Under the pieces are notes generated by a model, which did no database searches, was not told where the DNA came from, and was given only the letters and a program-made list of their open reading frames with translations. Made by a program: the position numbers and the translations under genes. From Macrostomum lignano (lineage: Eukaryota), in NCBI GenBank assembly GCA_002269645.1, contig NIVC01002667.1, positions 1-64,000 of the forward strand: a DNA stretch of 64,000 bases, read 5' to 3'. Below are positions 42,426 to 61,314 of the stretch, in pieces; the first letter of the stretch is position 1, and each line of letters begins with the position of its first letter.

Positions 42426-42814
42426 GCAAGGGATCACGGCGCGAGAGTCCAAGCTACTCCGGCCCCACCATCAGTCCCCGTTTACCCTCCCACTCTCCAG
42501 CCTTGTGAACTCTGAAGAAAAGAACTGAGGGAATACACGGAAGTGATACCTCTTGACAGAACTATAATATTTTTGCGGGGGCTATTAATTTCAATAAGCT
42601 GTTACACTTTCTCAAATAAAAAGCGTCGCAATATTACTTCTATGTATACCACATTCGCGCAAGTACTATGTATAGAAACATGGATTGGGGGTTTGTGCAT
42701 AGCTTGAACTGTTTTACAGTAATATTGAAACACTTGTACAGAGCAGCCTCGCTACCTGTACGAGTTCAACGCACACTGACAACGAAAATTATAGATAGAA
42801 ATCTGGGGGAAGGT

Positions 42815-43415
42815 CACACCCGGGTGGTGGGAGATCACACCAGGTGAGACATCAGGTGGGAGATCACACCAGGTGAGGCAAGCTGGGGGCAGGTGGGAGA
42901 TCACACCAGGTGAGGCATGGGCAGGTGGGAGATCACACCAGGTGAGGCAAGCTGGGGGCAGGTGGGAGATCACACCAGGTGAGGCATGGGCAGGTGGGAG
43001 ATCACACCAGGTGAGGCAAGCTGGGGGCAGGTGGGAGATCACACCAGGTGAGACATCAGGTGGGAGATCACACCAGGTGAGGCAAGCTGGGGGCAGGTGG
43101 GAGATCACACCAGGTGAGACATCAGGTGGGAGATCACACCAGGTGGGACATGGGAGCAGGTAGGAGATCACACCAGGTGAGACATGGGAGCAGGTGGGAG
43201 ATCACACCCGGTGAGACATGGGAGCAGGTGGGAGATCACACCAGGTGAGACATCGGGGCAGGTGGGAGATCACACCAGGTGGGACATGGGGGCAGGTGGG
43301 AGATCACACCAGGTGAGACATCAGGTGGGAGATCACACCAGGTGAGACATCAGGTGGGAGATCACACCAGGTGAGACATGGAGGCAGGTGGGAGATCACA
43401 CCAGGTGAGACATGT
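42815..43415. repeat. About 29-35-bp minisatellite downstream of Lhx2/9
   Basis: Core GGTGGGAGATCACACCAGGTGAG with variable linkers. Confidence 0.92.
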
Positions 43416-43528
43416 CCCAAGCCAATCCATTAAAAACAGCCATCAAAACAAAAGCAACGTTTAAAGGAAATTTCGGAAAGTTAACGTTGATTAGCCAGCC
43501 AGCTTGTCCTCATTTGACCTCGCGCTCC

Positions 43529-50485
<6,957 letters not shown>

Positions 50486-50809
50486 TCGAGCAGCGGTGTA
50501 TCTTTCTTGGAAAAGCGAACCGGTCAAGCTAGGATTTCTCAATGCGGGTATTGCAACAAGAAATTTATTCCCAGGATTTTTTGCGGCTTTGGTAGCCATT
50601 CCGACCCCCCGCGGCCCGCCTCATCCTTAGGGAAAAAATTGCTCAGCCAATGAAAAGCAAGCGAGTTCTCGGCCGACAGCCAATGGGAGTTTGAGAGCGG
50701 GAGGGGATTATTCAAATTTGGGAAAGTTTGATTCCTGTCCTAAATAGAGTTCCAGCGAAACTGTGAGACTTGACTGGGGTGGTTTCAAATGGATAGAATG
50801 GCAATGGCG

Positions 50810-51750
50810 GGTGTAGATTGCGAGCTTGGAGGGTGTGGATTGGTGGGTGTGGAGGGTGTGGATTGGTGGGTGTGGAGGGTGTAGATTGGCGGGTGTGGAG
50901 GGTGTGGATTGGTGGGTGTAGAGGGTGTAGATTGGCGGGTGTGGAGGGTGTGGATTGGTGGGTGTGGAGGGTGTGGATTGGTGGGTGTGGAGGGTGTAGA
51001 TTGGCGGGTGTGGAGGGTGTGGATTGGTGGGTGTGGAGGGTGTAGATTGGCAATTGTGGAGGGTGTGGAAGGTGTAGATTGGCGGGTGGGGAGGGTATAG
51101 ATTGGCGGGTGTGAAAGGTGTAGACTGTGGAAGGTGTAGACTGTGGAAGGTGTAGACTGTGGAAGGTGTAGACTGTGGAAGGTGTAGACTGTGGAAGGTG
51201 TAGACTGGCGGGTTTGTAGGGTGTAGATTGGCGGGTTTGGAAGGTGTAGATCGGCGGGTGTGGGGTGTAGATTTGCGGGTTTGGAGGGTGTAGACTGTAG
51301 GGTTTGGAGGGTGTAGACTGTAGGGTTTGGAGGGTGTAGACTGTAGGGTTTGGAGGGTGTAGACTGTAGGGTTTGGAGGGTGTAGACTGTAGGGTTTGGA
51401 GGGTGTAGACTGTAGGGTTTGGAGGGTGTAGACTGTAGGGTTTGGAGGGTGTAGACTGTAGGGTTTGGAGGGTGTAGACTGTAGGGTTTGGAGGGTGTAG
51501 ACTGTAGGGTTTGGAGGGTGTAGACTGTAGGGTTTGGAGGGTGTAGACTGTAGGGTTTGGAGGGTGTAGACTGTAGGGTTTGGAGGGTGTAGACTGTAGG
51601 GTTTGGAGGGTGTAGACTGTAGGGTTTGGAGGGTGTAGACTGTAGGGTTTGGAGGGTGTAGACTGTAGGGTTTGGAGGGTGTAGACTGTAGGGTTTGGAG
51701 GGTGTAGACTGTAGGGTTTGGAGGGTGTAGACTGTAGGGTTTGGAGGGTA
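50810..51750. repeat. G-rich about 23-bp minisatellite upstream of Lhx2/9
   Basis: Unit GAGGGTGTAGACTGTAGGGTTTG, grading into GAGGGTGTGGATTGGTGGGTGTG. Confidence 0.93.
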
Positions 51751-52364
51751 AAGTTTGGTGCGCATGAATGGTGCAAATAGGCTAGAAGATGAAGGTTAAG
51801 AATAAGCTGGTGATGGAGGTTGGAGTGGAGGCCTCATTAATTAAAAAACTGGACTTCACTGATCTATGAATCACAACCTCGTTGATATATAGAATCGCAA
51901 CCCCATTGATCTACAGAATCGGGCCCGCCCTCATTTATCTACGGAATCGAGCCCACCCTCATTGATCTATGGAATATATGGATCTATGAAATCGCACCTC
52001 ATTGATTTATATAACTGGGCCTCATTGATCTTTAGATTCGGACTTTACAAATCGCACTACTCATAAGTAGGATAGTTGGATTTGACAACCTGCATTAAGT
52101 AGCAATAATATATTTGTACTCATAGTAAAACACATCGAACGAAAGCGTAACATTTGGAGTGCAGGAATTTTCAGCATTGAATGCTGATCACAAATGAATA
52201 AAATTCTTAACGGCTCGTGAAATTTGCACAGAATTTTAAGCAATCACAAAAATAGAAACTTTTAAAGCATATTTATTATAGCAGAATCTCTGGCTACCGA
52301 TTTTGTTGCATTTTAACAAATTTTTCTTACAAAATCATTAAACAAGTACCATGGTACATCACAA

Positions 52365-52530
52365 GGGAGCCGTAGCCCAGCGGCCCAGGCTCGATTCCAA
52401 GTGCAGTCACATTAATTTGGGGCTGAATTGGAATCTCGGCTTGGCTCTGCTCGTGCAATTAACGCCATTTGAGGGCCAACCCCCCCAAGGCGCAGTGAAG
52501 TGTACATGCCTAACGATAAATAAAGTTAGG
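52365..52530 (+). mobile_element. Possible tRNA-derived SINE remnant
   Basis: A-box-like GTAGCCCAGCGG directly followed by B-box-like GGCTCGATTCC; an A-rich ATAAATAAA stretch lies near 52520. Confidence 0.25.
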
Positions 52531-52924
52531 GCCGCTGTACACCCCTGTGTGAGTGTGTGCCTGTGCGTATGACTGCGTACGTATCCGCGCGCTTGTGTGC
52601 CTGCTCAGGGGAGTCGGCGGAATGGGCAGCAATGCCTCTCGCCGGTTGTGCGACAATGTCGCTTAAAGTGCGCCAGGGTGCATACGGCTCCCTTGTTCCA
52701 AAATAAAAAGAAATGGTTTATAGCAAACTTAGCAAAACAACAGCAATAAATGAAAACACTGCACAAAGGCGAGAGGCAAGGGATAGGGGCAAACACAAGA
52801 CAGGCGTGAACAGGCTGGCAAACAGAAATTTACAGGCAAGATTAAACAGGCGCTACGCAATAATAAAAGACAAATTATTAATAGAAAAATTTCTAACAGT
52901 AACAGGCGAAAGAATTGTTAGGAG

Positions 52925-53545
52925 TTGCCATCTCATCACCCAGCCTCCATCTCATCACCCAGCCTCCTCCATCTCATCACCCAGCCTCCTCCATCTCATC
53001 ACACAGCCTCCATCTCATCACCCAGCCTCCTCCTCCATCTCATCACCCAGCCTCCTCCATCTCATCACACAGCCTCCATCTCATCACCCAGCCTCCTCCA
53101 TCTCATCACCCAGCCTACTCCATCTCATCACACAGCCTCCATCTCATCACCCAGCCTCCTCCATCTCATCACCCAGCCTCCTCCATCTCATCACACAGCC
53201 TCCATCTCATCACCCAGCCTCCTCCATCTCATCACCCAGCCTCCTCCATCTCATCACACAGCCTCCATCTCATCACCCAGCCTCCTCCATCTCATCACCC
53301 AGCCTCCTCCATCTCATCACCCAGCCTCCTCCATCTCATCACCCAGCCTCCTCCATCTCATCACACAGCCTCCTCCATCTCATCACCCAGCCTCCTCCAT
53401 CTTATCACCCAGCCTCCTCCATCTCATCACACAGCCTCCATCTCATCACCCAGCCTCCTCCATCTCATCACCCAGCCTCCTCCATCTCATCACACAGCCT
53501 CCATCTCATCACCCAGCCTCCTCCATCTCATCACCCAGCCTCCGC
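52925..53545. repeat. About 19-22-bp minisatellite overlapping the stop codon of the Cys-loop gene
   Basis: Unit CCATCTCATCACCCAGCCTCCT. Confidence 0.93.
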
Positions 53546-56500
53546 CATCATCCGGGCGCGATCCCTCGCCGCCCAGGCCAGATAGACTGTCCAATAGGCT
53601 GCCGCGGCCGCCGCGAAAGTCGACGCGAAGGCGACAAAAAAGACGACATCGGCGCACCGCCGCAGCCGCCGCTTCCTGTCGGCGTTGGGCGGCACCGCCG
53701 GGCCGATGTAGCGCCTGACGGCTCGGGCCCAGGCCGTCTCGGTGCTGCGGGCCAGCTGACTGCCGCTCAGCAGCTCCCGGCCGCTGCCGCCGCCGCCGCC
53801 GCTCTCAGTCGACAAGGATGCAGTCTCTTTCCCAGCCGCGTTGGAGAGCAGAGCGGCCACGGCGAGGGCCAGGGCTCGAGTCAGGCCGGCAAAGCAAAAT
53901 AGCAGGCACAGATAGAACCAGGTGTCCAAGGCTCTGCTGCCAGCTCCATAGGGTATCACCTGGTGACAATTTTGGGTCGGCTGATGATTGTGTCAGTTAC
54001 TTATGACGGTTACCTCAGGACAGGTTACCTCAGGACAGGTTACCTCAGGACAGGTTACCTCAGGACAGGTTACCTCAGGACAGGTTACCTCAGGACAGGT
54101 TACCTCAGGACAGGTTACCTCAGGACAGGTTACCTCAGGACAGGTTACCTCAGGACAGGTTACCTCAGGACAGGTTACCTCAGGACAGGTTACCTCAGGA
54201 CAGGTTACCTCAGGACAGGTTACCTCAGGACAGGTTACCTCAGGACAGGTTACCTCAGGACAGGTTACCTCAGGACAGGTTACCTCAGGACAGGTTACCT
54301 CAGGACAGGTTACCTCAGGACAGGTTACCTCAGGACAGGTTACCTCAGGACAGGTTACCTCAGGACAGGTTACCTCAGGACAGGTTACCTCAGGACAGGT
54401 TACCTCAGGACAGGTTACCTCAGGACAGGTTACCTCAGGACAGGTTACCTCAGGACAGGTTACCTCAGGACAGGTTACCTCAGGACAGGTTACCTCAGGA
54501 CAGGTTACCTCAGGACAGGTTACCTCAGGACAGGTTACCTCAGGACAGGTTACCTCAGGACAGGCTACCTCAGGACAGGTTACCTCAGGACAGGTTACCT
54601 CAGGACAGGTTACCTCAGGACAGGTTACCTCAGGACAGGTTACCTCAGGACAGGTTACCTCAGGACAGGTTACCTCAGGACAGGTTACCTCAGGACAGGT
54701 TACCTCAGGACAGGTTACCTCAGGACAGGTTACCTCAGGACAGGTTACCTCAGGACAGGTTACCTCAGGACAGGTTACCTCAGGACATGTTACCTCAGAA
54801 CAGGTTACCTCAGGACAGGTTACCTCAGGACAGGTTACCTCAGGACAGGTTACCTCAGGACAGGTTACCTCAGGACAGGTTACCTCAGGACAGGTTACCT
54901 AAGGACAGGTTACCTCAGGACAGGTTACCTCAGGACAGGTTACCTCAGAACAGGTTACCTCAGGACAGGTTACCTCAGGACAGGTTACCTCAGGACAGGT
55001 TACCTAAGGACAGGTTACCTCAGGACAGGTTACCTCAGGACAGGTTACCTCAGGACAGGTTACCTCAGAACAGGTTACCTCAGGACAGGTTACCTCAGGA
55101 CAGGTTACCTCAGGACAGGTTACCTAAGGACAGGTTACCTCAGGACAGGTTACCTCAGGACAGGTTACCTCAGAACAGGTTACCTCAGGACAGGTTACCT
55201 CAGGACAGGTTACCTCAGAACAGGTTACCTCAGGACAGGTTACCTAAGGACAGGTTACCTCAGGACAGGTTACCTCAGGACAGGTTACCTCAGAACAGGT
55301 TACCTCAGGACAGGTTACCTCAGGACAGGTTACCTCAGGACAGGTTACCTCAGGACAGGTTACCTCAGGACAGGTTACCTAAGGACAGGTTACCTCAGGA
55401 CAGGTTACCTCAGGACAGGTTACCTCAGAACAGGTTACCTCAGGACAGGTTACCTCAGGACAGGTTACCTCAGAACAGGTTACCTCAGGACAGGTTACCC
55501 AAGGACAGGTTACCTCAGGACAGGTTACCTCAGGACAGGTTACCTCAGAACAGGTTACCTCAGGACAGGTTACCTCAGGACAGGTTACCTCAGGACAGGT
55601 TACCCCAAGACTCATTGCCTAGGCCTTATTGAAGTCTTTCATTTAAAAAAAATAGCTAAGACAAAGAAATTTATTTTAATATTCAAGAAAACGTAAAGTA
55701 AACACCGGATTTTAATTAACTGTCGTCCCTTATTGGCAACTGCTCACCTCCCCTGCATCGAATTTCATCCCGCTGTGGGAGCAGATCTTGGCTCAACTTT
55801 TTGTCTAATCTGGCCAATTAAAAACTCTGTTTTAAGGAAGTTCCAGCTTGTAAACAAGTCGATCTCGAACCCGTGACTCGCTGTTTCGTCTTCAGGTTTT
55901 TCTACGAAGAACTTAAAGTTCATTCGCAATGTACAAGGAAGTCTGTTGCGATTGAAAATGCAGAAATTAGCAGATCTCCTAACTCATATTAAGTTCTGAC
56001 CAGAGACAGACTAATCGACAATTTTTACGCAGTATTGCTTGGATTTTAATACCCACCATATTTTAATAATCCCACCCACCATAGTAGGATAATCTCACCC
56101 ACTCTAGTTGGATAATCTCACCCAATATAGTTGGATAATCTCACCCAATATAGTTGGATAATCTCACCCAATATAGTTGGATAATCTCACCCAATATATC
56201 TAATAGTTGGATAATTTCACCCACCCTAGTTCGATAATCTCAACCAATATTGTTGGATAATCTCACCTAATATAGTTGGATAATCTCACCCAATATAGTT
56301 GGATAATCTCACCCATTATAGTTGGACAATCTCACCCAATATAGTTGGATAATCTCACCCATTATAGTTGGACAAACTCACCCAATATAGTTGGATAATC
56401 TCACCCAATATAGTTGGATAATCTCACCCAATATAGTTGGATAATCTCACCCATTATAGTTGGACAATCTCACCCAATATAGTTGGATAATCTCACCCAA

Positions 56501-59500
56501 TATAGTTGGATAATCTCACCCAATATAGTTGGATAATCTCACCCAATATAGTTGGATAATCTCACCCATTATAGTTGGACAATCTCACCCAATATAGTTG
56601 GATAATCTCACCCAATATAGTTGGATAATCTCACCCATTATAGTTGGATAATCTCACCCAATATAGTTGGATAATCTCACCCATTATAGTTGGATAATCT
56701 CACACACCCTTATAACCATGAGCTGAGCTGAACTGTGCGACCAATTCACCCAACAGACCCAAACAATAACTCAATATGCACCTAATAAGTACTCAAAATC
56801 AAAGTTCAAATTTGCTTTTAAACCGTTTCCATTTTAGGTAAAATGACAGATTCGTCCCGTTTTGAATAAAAAATCATTCTTCACAAGAGCAATCGACAAC
56901 TATAGTAAAACAATTTTAATAAAAAGCAGAGGCGCTTAAACAAAAAGGCGTTTGTTTCCCGAGAATTTGCTATTGAATGGCGGGTGAAAATATTCTATAT
57001 TTGGCCATACTGCTGGCTTGCCGGGCTGGAGGGTGAGAGGGAGAGAAGGAAGAGGCTGCAGATGGGACCGTGTCGATCCGTGCGGTCTAAAAATAGCGAC
57101 AAACCCTTCCACTTTTCTGCTCAGGCAGAAATTTCACTGAGACTGAAATTTAATCCAATTTCTCAGACTCTGGGTGAGGACTGGCTTAAGATTATTCCGG
57201 AGAGAAGTAACTGCAACTCTTCTGGTGAAAATCGGTCAGACACTCAGGTGAGACTGGGTCAGACACTCAGGTGAGACTGGGTCAGACACTCAGGTGAGAC
57301 TGGGTCAGACACTCAGGTGAGAGTGGGTCAGACACTCAGGTGAGAATGGGTCAGACACTCAGGTGAGTCTGGGTCAGACACTCAGGTGAGTCTGGGTCAG
57401 ACACTCAGGTGAGTCTGGGTCAGACACTCAGGTGAGTCTGGGTCAGACACTCAGGTGAGTCTGGGTCAGACACTCAGGTGAGTCTGGGTCAGACACTCAG
57501 GTGAGTCTGGGTCAGACACTCAGGTGAGTCTGGGTCAGACACTCAGGTGAGTCTGGGTCAGACACTCAGGTGAGTCTGGGTCAGACACTCAGGTGAGTCT
57601 GGGTCAGACACTCAGGTGAGAATCGGTGAGACACTCAGGTGAGAATGGGTCAGACACTCAGGTGAGAATCAGTGAGACACTCAGGTGAGAATCAGTGAGG
57701 CACTCAGGTGAGAATCAGTGAGACACTCAGGTGAGAATCAGTGAGACACTCAGGTGAGAATCAGTGAGACACTCAGGTGAGAATCAGTGAGACACTCAGG
57801 TGAGAATCAGTGAGACTCTCAGGTGAGAATCAGTGAGACACTCAGGTGAGAATCAGTGAGACTCTCAGGTGAGAATCAGTGAGACTCTCAGGTGAGAATC
57901 AGTGAGACTCTCAGGTGAGAATCGGAGACAGAGCCAAGCCACACTCACCAGGTTCACAATGGTCCACAAGAACATTTGCCCAGCCAGACACACCAGAGGC
58001 ACGGCTGTCTGCACAAGGGCGCTGCCGACTCCCAGCCTGACTGACAGCCACACAGTCAGCACCATAGCAGAAGTTGGGCCATAGACGGTGGTTACGTAAT
58101 AGGCTGCGTCTCGCTTCAGCAGCACCCACAGCACTGACTGACGCAGCTTCAGGCCGTTCAGCGCCCATTCTGTGCCAACACGGTCTCCAAGGCCAACCGC
58201 TCGGCTGCCGTTGCTTAGCAACCAACGACGCTGTGCAATAATAGCAGTGTCATTGCCAATCGGGTTTGGTATTCTCAAATTGCTCATGTTTACAGCGCAG
58301 AGCTCGGTGTCCAGGGGGAACAGATGCAGCTGTGGTCGGAGGGGGCAGCTGGATTGTGGAATTCAGTGCGTATAGTGGGGTACCCGCTTCTTTACCTGTC
58401 TCACCCATTGTCTGCCTCTCTCCCTCTCCCTCTCCCTGTCTCCTCTCCTCTCTCCCTCTCTCTCCCCCTCTCTCTCTGTCTCCCTCTCATATCCCTCTCT
58501 CCCTCTCTCTCCCTCTCTCCCTCTCTCCCTCTCTCCCTCTCTCCCTCTCTCCCTCTCTCCCTCTCATATCCCTCTCTCCCTCTCTCCCTCTCTCCCTCTC
58601 TCCCTCTCTCCCTCTCTCCCTCTCTCCCTCTCTCCCTCTCTCCCTCTCTCCCTCTCTCCCTCTCTCCCTCTCTCCCTCTCTCCCTCTCTCCCTCTCTCCC
58701 TCTCTCCCTCTCTCCCTCTCTCCCTCTCTCCCTCTCTCCCTCTCTCCCTCTCTCCCTCTCTCCCTCTCTCCCTCTCTCCCTCTCTCCCTCTCTCCCTGTC
58801 CCTCTCTCCCTGTCTCCTCTCCTCTCTCCCTCTCTCTCGCTCTCCCTCTCTTTCTCTCCCTCTCTCTCTGTCTCCCTCTCATATCCCTCTCTCCCTCTCT
58901 CCCTCTCTCCCTCTCTCCTCGTCTCCCTCTCATCTACATCTCTCTCTCTTTCTCTCTCTTTCTCCCTCTCTCTCTGTCTCCCTCTCATATCCCTCTCTCC
59001 CTTTGTCCCTCTCTCCCTGCCTCCCCCTCATTCCTCTCGCTTCCTTCTCATTCTCTTTCCTCTCACCTCTCCCATCCCACCCCTCTCCCTCTCTCACATC
59101 CAACTTCTCTCTCCCCCAACGGCCCCTTTCCCACACTCGGTTCCCTCACATTCAGGCGGCAGGCCACGGTGAGGCTGACAACTCCGGACCAGCTCGAACC
59201 GCCGGCTGCAGCAGCTGTCCAGCCTAGCCTCAGGCTAACGTTGATCGCGGTGAAATTCACTTTGTCCAAGGACTCCAGGCTAGCGACAATGCTGCCGCTG
59301 CTGACGAGGTTAACATGAAATTGCAATTATTTGAAGCAGGATTTCATAAGAAATTTATTTTCCTTAAAGTGCTCTGCTTGGCTATAAAAATACATAAATG
59401 AAGGTCGCATACAGCGATTGTCTCAGGATAGGGATATCCTTAGGCAGATTCTGACAGACCATGGATTTCAGCCCATCTTAGCTCTCTTCTCTCCTACTCT

Positions 59501-60544
59501 GCCCTCTCTTACCCTCCCCACTCTTACTCTCCCCCCTCTTACCCTCCCCTCTTACCCTCCCCTCTTAACCTCCCCTCTCTTACCCTCCCCTCTTACCCTC
59601 CCCTCTTAACCTCCCCTCTCTTACCCTCCCCTCTTACCCTCCCCTCTTAACCTCCCCTCTCTTACCCTCCCCTCTTACCCTCCCCTCTTACCCTCCCCTC
59701 TCTTACCCTCCCCTCTCTTACTCTCCCCTCTCTTACTCTCCCCTCTCTTACCCTCCCCTCTCTTACTCTCCCCTCTCTTACCCTCCCCTCTCTTACTCTC
59801 CCCTCTCTTACCCTCCCCTCTCTTATTCTCCCCTCTCTTACTCTCCCCTCTCTTACCCTCCCCTCTCTTACTCTCCCCTCTCTTACCCTCCCCTCTCTTA
59901 CCCTCCCCTCTCTTACTCTCCCCTCTCTTACCCTCCCCTCTTACCCTCCCCTCTTACCCTCCCCTCTTAACCTCCCCTCTCTTACCCTCCCCTCTCTTAC
60001 CCTCCCCTCTCTTACTCTCCCCTCTCTTACTCTCCCCTCTCTTACCCTCCCCTCTCTTACTCTCCCCTCTCTTACTCTCCCCTCTCTTACCCTCCCCTCT
60101 CTTACCCTCCCCTCTCTTACTCTCCCCTCTCTTACTCTCCCCTCTCTTACTCTCCCCTCTCTTACCCTCCCCTCTCTTACTCTCCCCTCTCTTACCCCCC
60201 CTCTTACCCTCCCCTCTTACCCTCCCCTCTTACCCTCCCCTCTTAACCTCCCCTCTCTTACTCTCCCCTCTCTTACCCTCCCCTCTCTTACTCTCCCCTC
60301 TCTTACTCTCCCCTCTCTTACTCTCCCCTCTTTTACTCTCCCCTCTCTTACCCTCCCCTCTCTTACCCTCCCCCCTCGGTCACACTCAGTGGTCACTGGA
60401 CTTTCTATTCTTATAAAAGTGCACACTCTCTGCCTTGGGGGGGGGTTGACTCTCCTTAATGACTTACTTTTCACCTGCAGAGCGGGCCACAGCAGCCGCA
60501 GCAAGCAGTTGCAGAAAAATTACCGCAGCCTGGGCGAGTCCCAT
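53531..60544 (-). CDS. Divergent pentameric ligand-gated ion channel (Cys-loop) subunit, GABA/glycine-like topology, about 345 aa, 4 coding exons
   Basis: Exons (minus strand) 60544-60468 (signal peptide), 59300-59150, 58329-57949 and 53959-53531; phase-consistent. The spliced Cys-loop [15 protein letters not shown] has C-x13-C spacing. Also present: pre-M1/M1 [21 protein letters not shown]2-M3 IP...[14 protein letters not shown] and M4 ..AYWTVYL. Family call is strong; the exon 1-2 model is less certain. Confidence 0.75.
53995..55610. repeat. 15-bp minisatellite (CAGGTTACCTCAGGA)n, about 107 copies
   Basis: Direct inspection; lies in intron 3 of the Cys-loop gene. Confidence 0.98.
56085..56710. 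repeat. 23-bp minisatellite
   Basis: Unit ATAGTTGGATAATCTCACCCAAT. Confidence 0.95.
57235..57920. repeat. 23-bp minisatellite
   Basis: Unit CACTCAGGTGAGTCTGGGTCAGA, changing to CACTCAGGTGAGAATCAGTGAGA. Confidence 0.95.
58420..59100. repeat. Polypyrimidine (CT-rich) low-complexity / short tandem repeat
   Basis: Direct inspection; lies in intron 2 of the Cys-loop gene. Confidence 0.95.
59490..60375. repeat. 15-17-bp minisatellite (CTTACCCTCCCCTCT)n
   Basis: Direct inspection; lies in intron 1 of the Cys-loop gene. Confidence 0.95.
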
Positions 60545-61314
60545 TGCATGCAGTGGCTGAGCGAGTGGCAGAAGCTGGCAGTTATCAATGCTAGTAATAT
60601 ATACATGTAAAGTGCAGACACTTGAATGAGCCTGACGAATTGCCTAAATAAGGCATGGCCAGAGGAGGGGCATAAGCAGCAGGGACTCTGCCCCATCCTC
60701 AGCCTCCTATACTCAAGCTGTTGAGCTCCTATTGGATCTCCTAGAGGTGGATCAGGGGATTCTGGGGCTGACTACTCAGCCCCCCGATTGGTCCGGACAA
60801 AACAGCCAGTGGGTATTCGGTCATATTTTTAAACTGCAGGACAGAATGGGAATCCAAAACCCATCTGCTCAGAGAGAGATTACCGGACAGCAGGGGAGGA
60901 TTAGCGGCCGCCGCTGCAGATGCGATGCGAAATTCGATATCACTAAATTGCCAGGTGTAGTGACAAAGGCTTTGTGAAGACTGGGGTGGTTCAATTATTA
61001 AAGCTACGAGGTATAACAGAAACATGAAATCTGAGTAAACACTGAGTTTATTTGACTCTTTGCTCAAAGAATGTTCCGGAATTGTCCTGATGTAGGATTT
61101 CTGTGAAGAGCGCATTGGCTGCGGGCTCTTGGCGGCAGGTCTATTTTTAAACAGGCGATACAACAAGAACAGAACAGCTTTAAGCAATTCAGCAGCAGAA
61201 TTATTTATGAACAATTTTAAACGTGCTTAAACATACATCAGGGTCAATCGTTTGTGCGGCTTGACGGCAAAATTTGAAATTTCACAACAGGATATTCTAG
61301 TCTCTCAAACTGAA

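Noticed and set aside
58330-58350. Alternative acceptor at 58349-58350 giving an atypical C-x15-C Cys-loop
   Set aside because: It is phase-incompatible with the upstream exon. The acceptor at 58330-58331 yields a canonical C-x13-C loop.
59301-59400. Upstream acceptor (TTTTTATAG) that would extend Cys-loop exon 2 and partly restore the N-terminus
   Set aside because: The extension contains an in-frame TAA at about 59327-59329 and is AT-rich like intron. It would be viable only if that stop is a sequence error.
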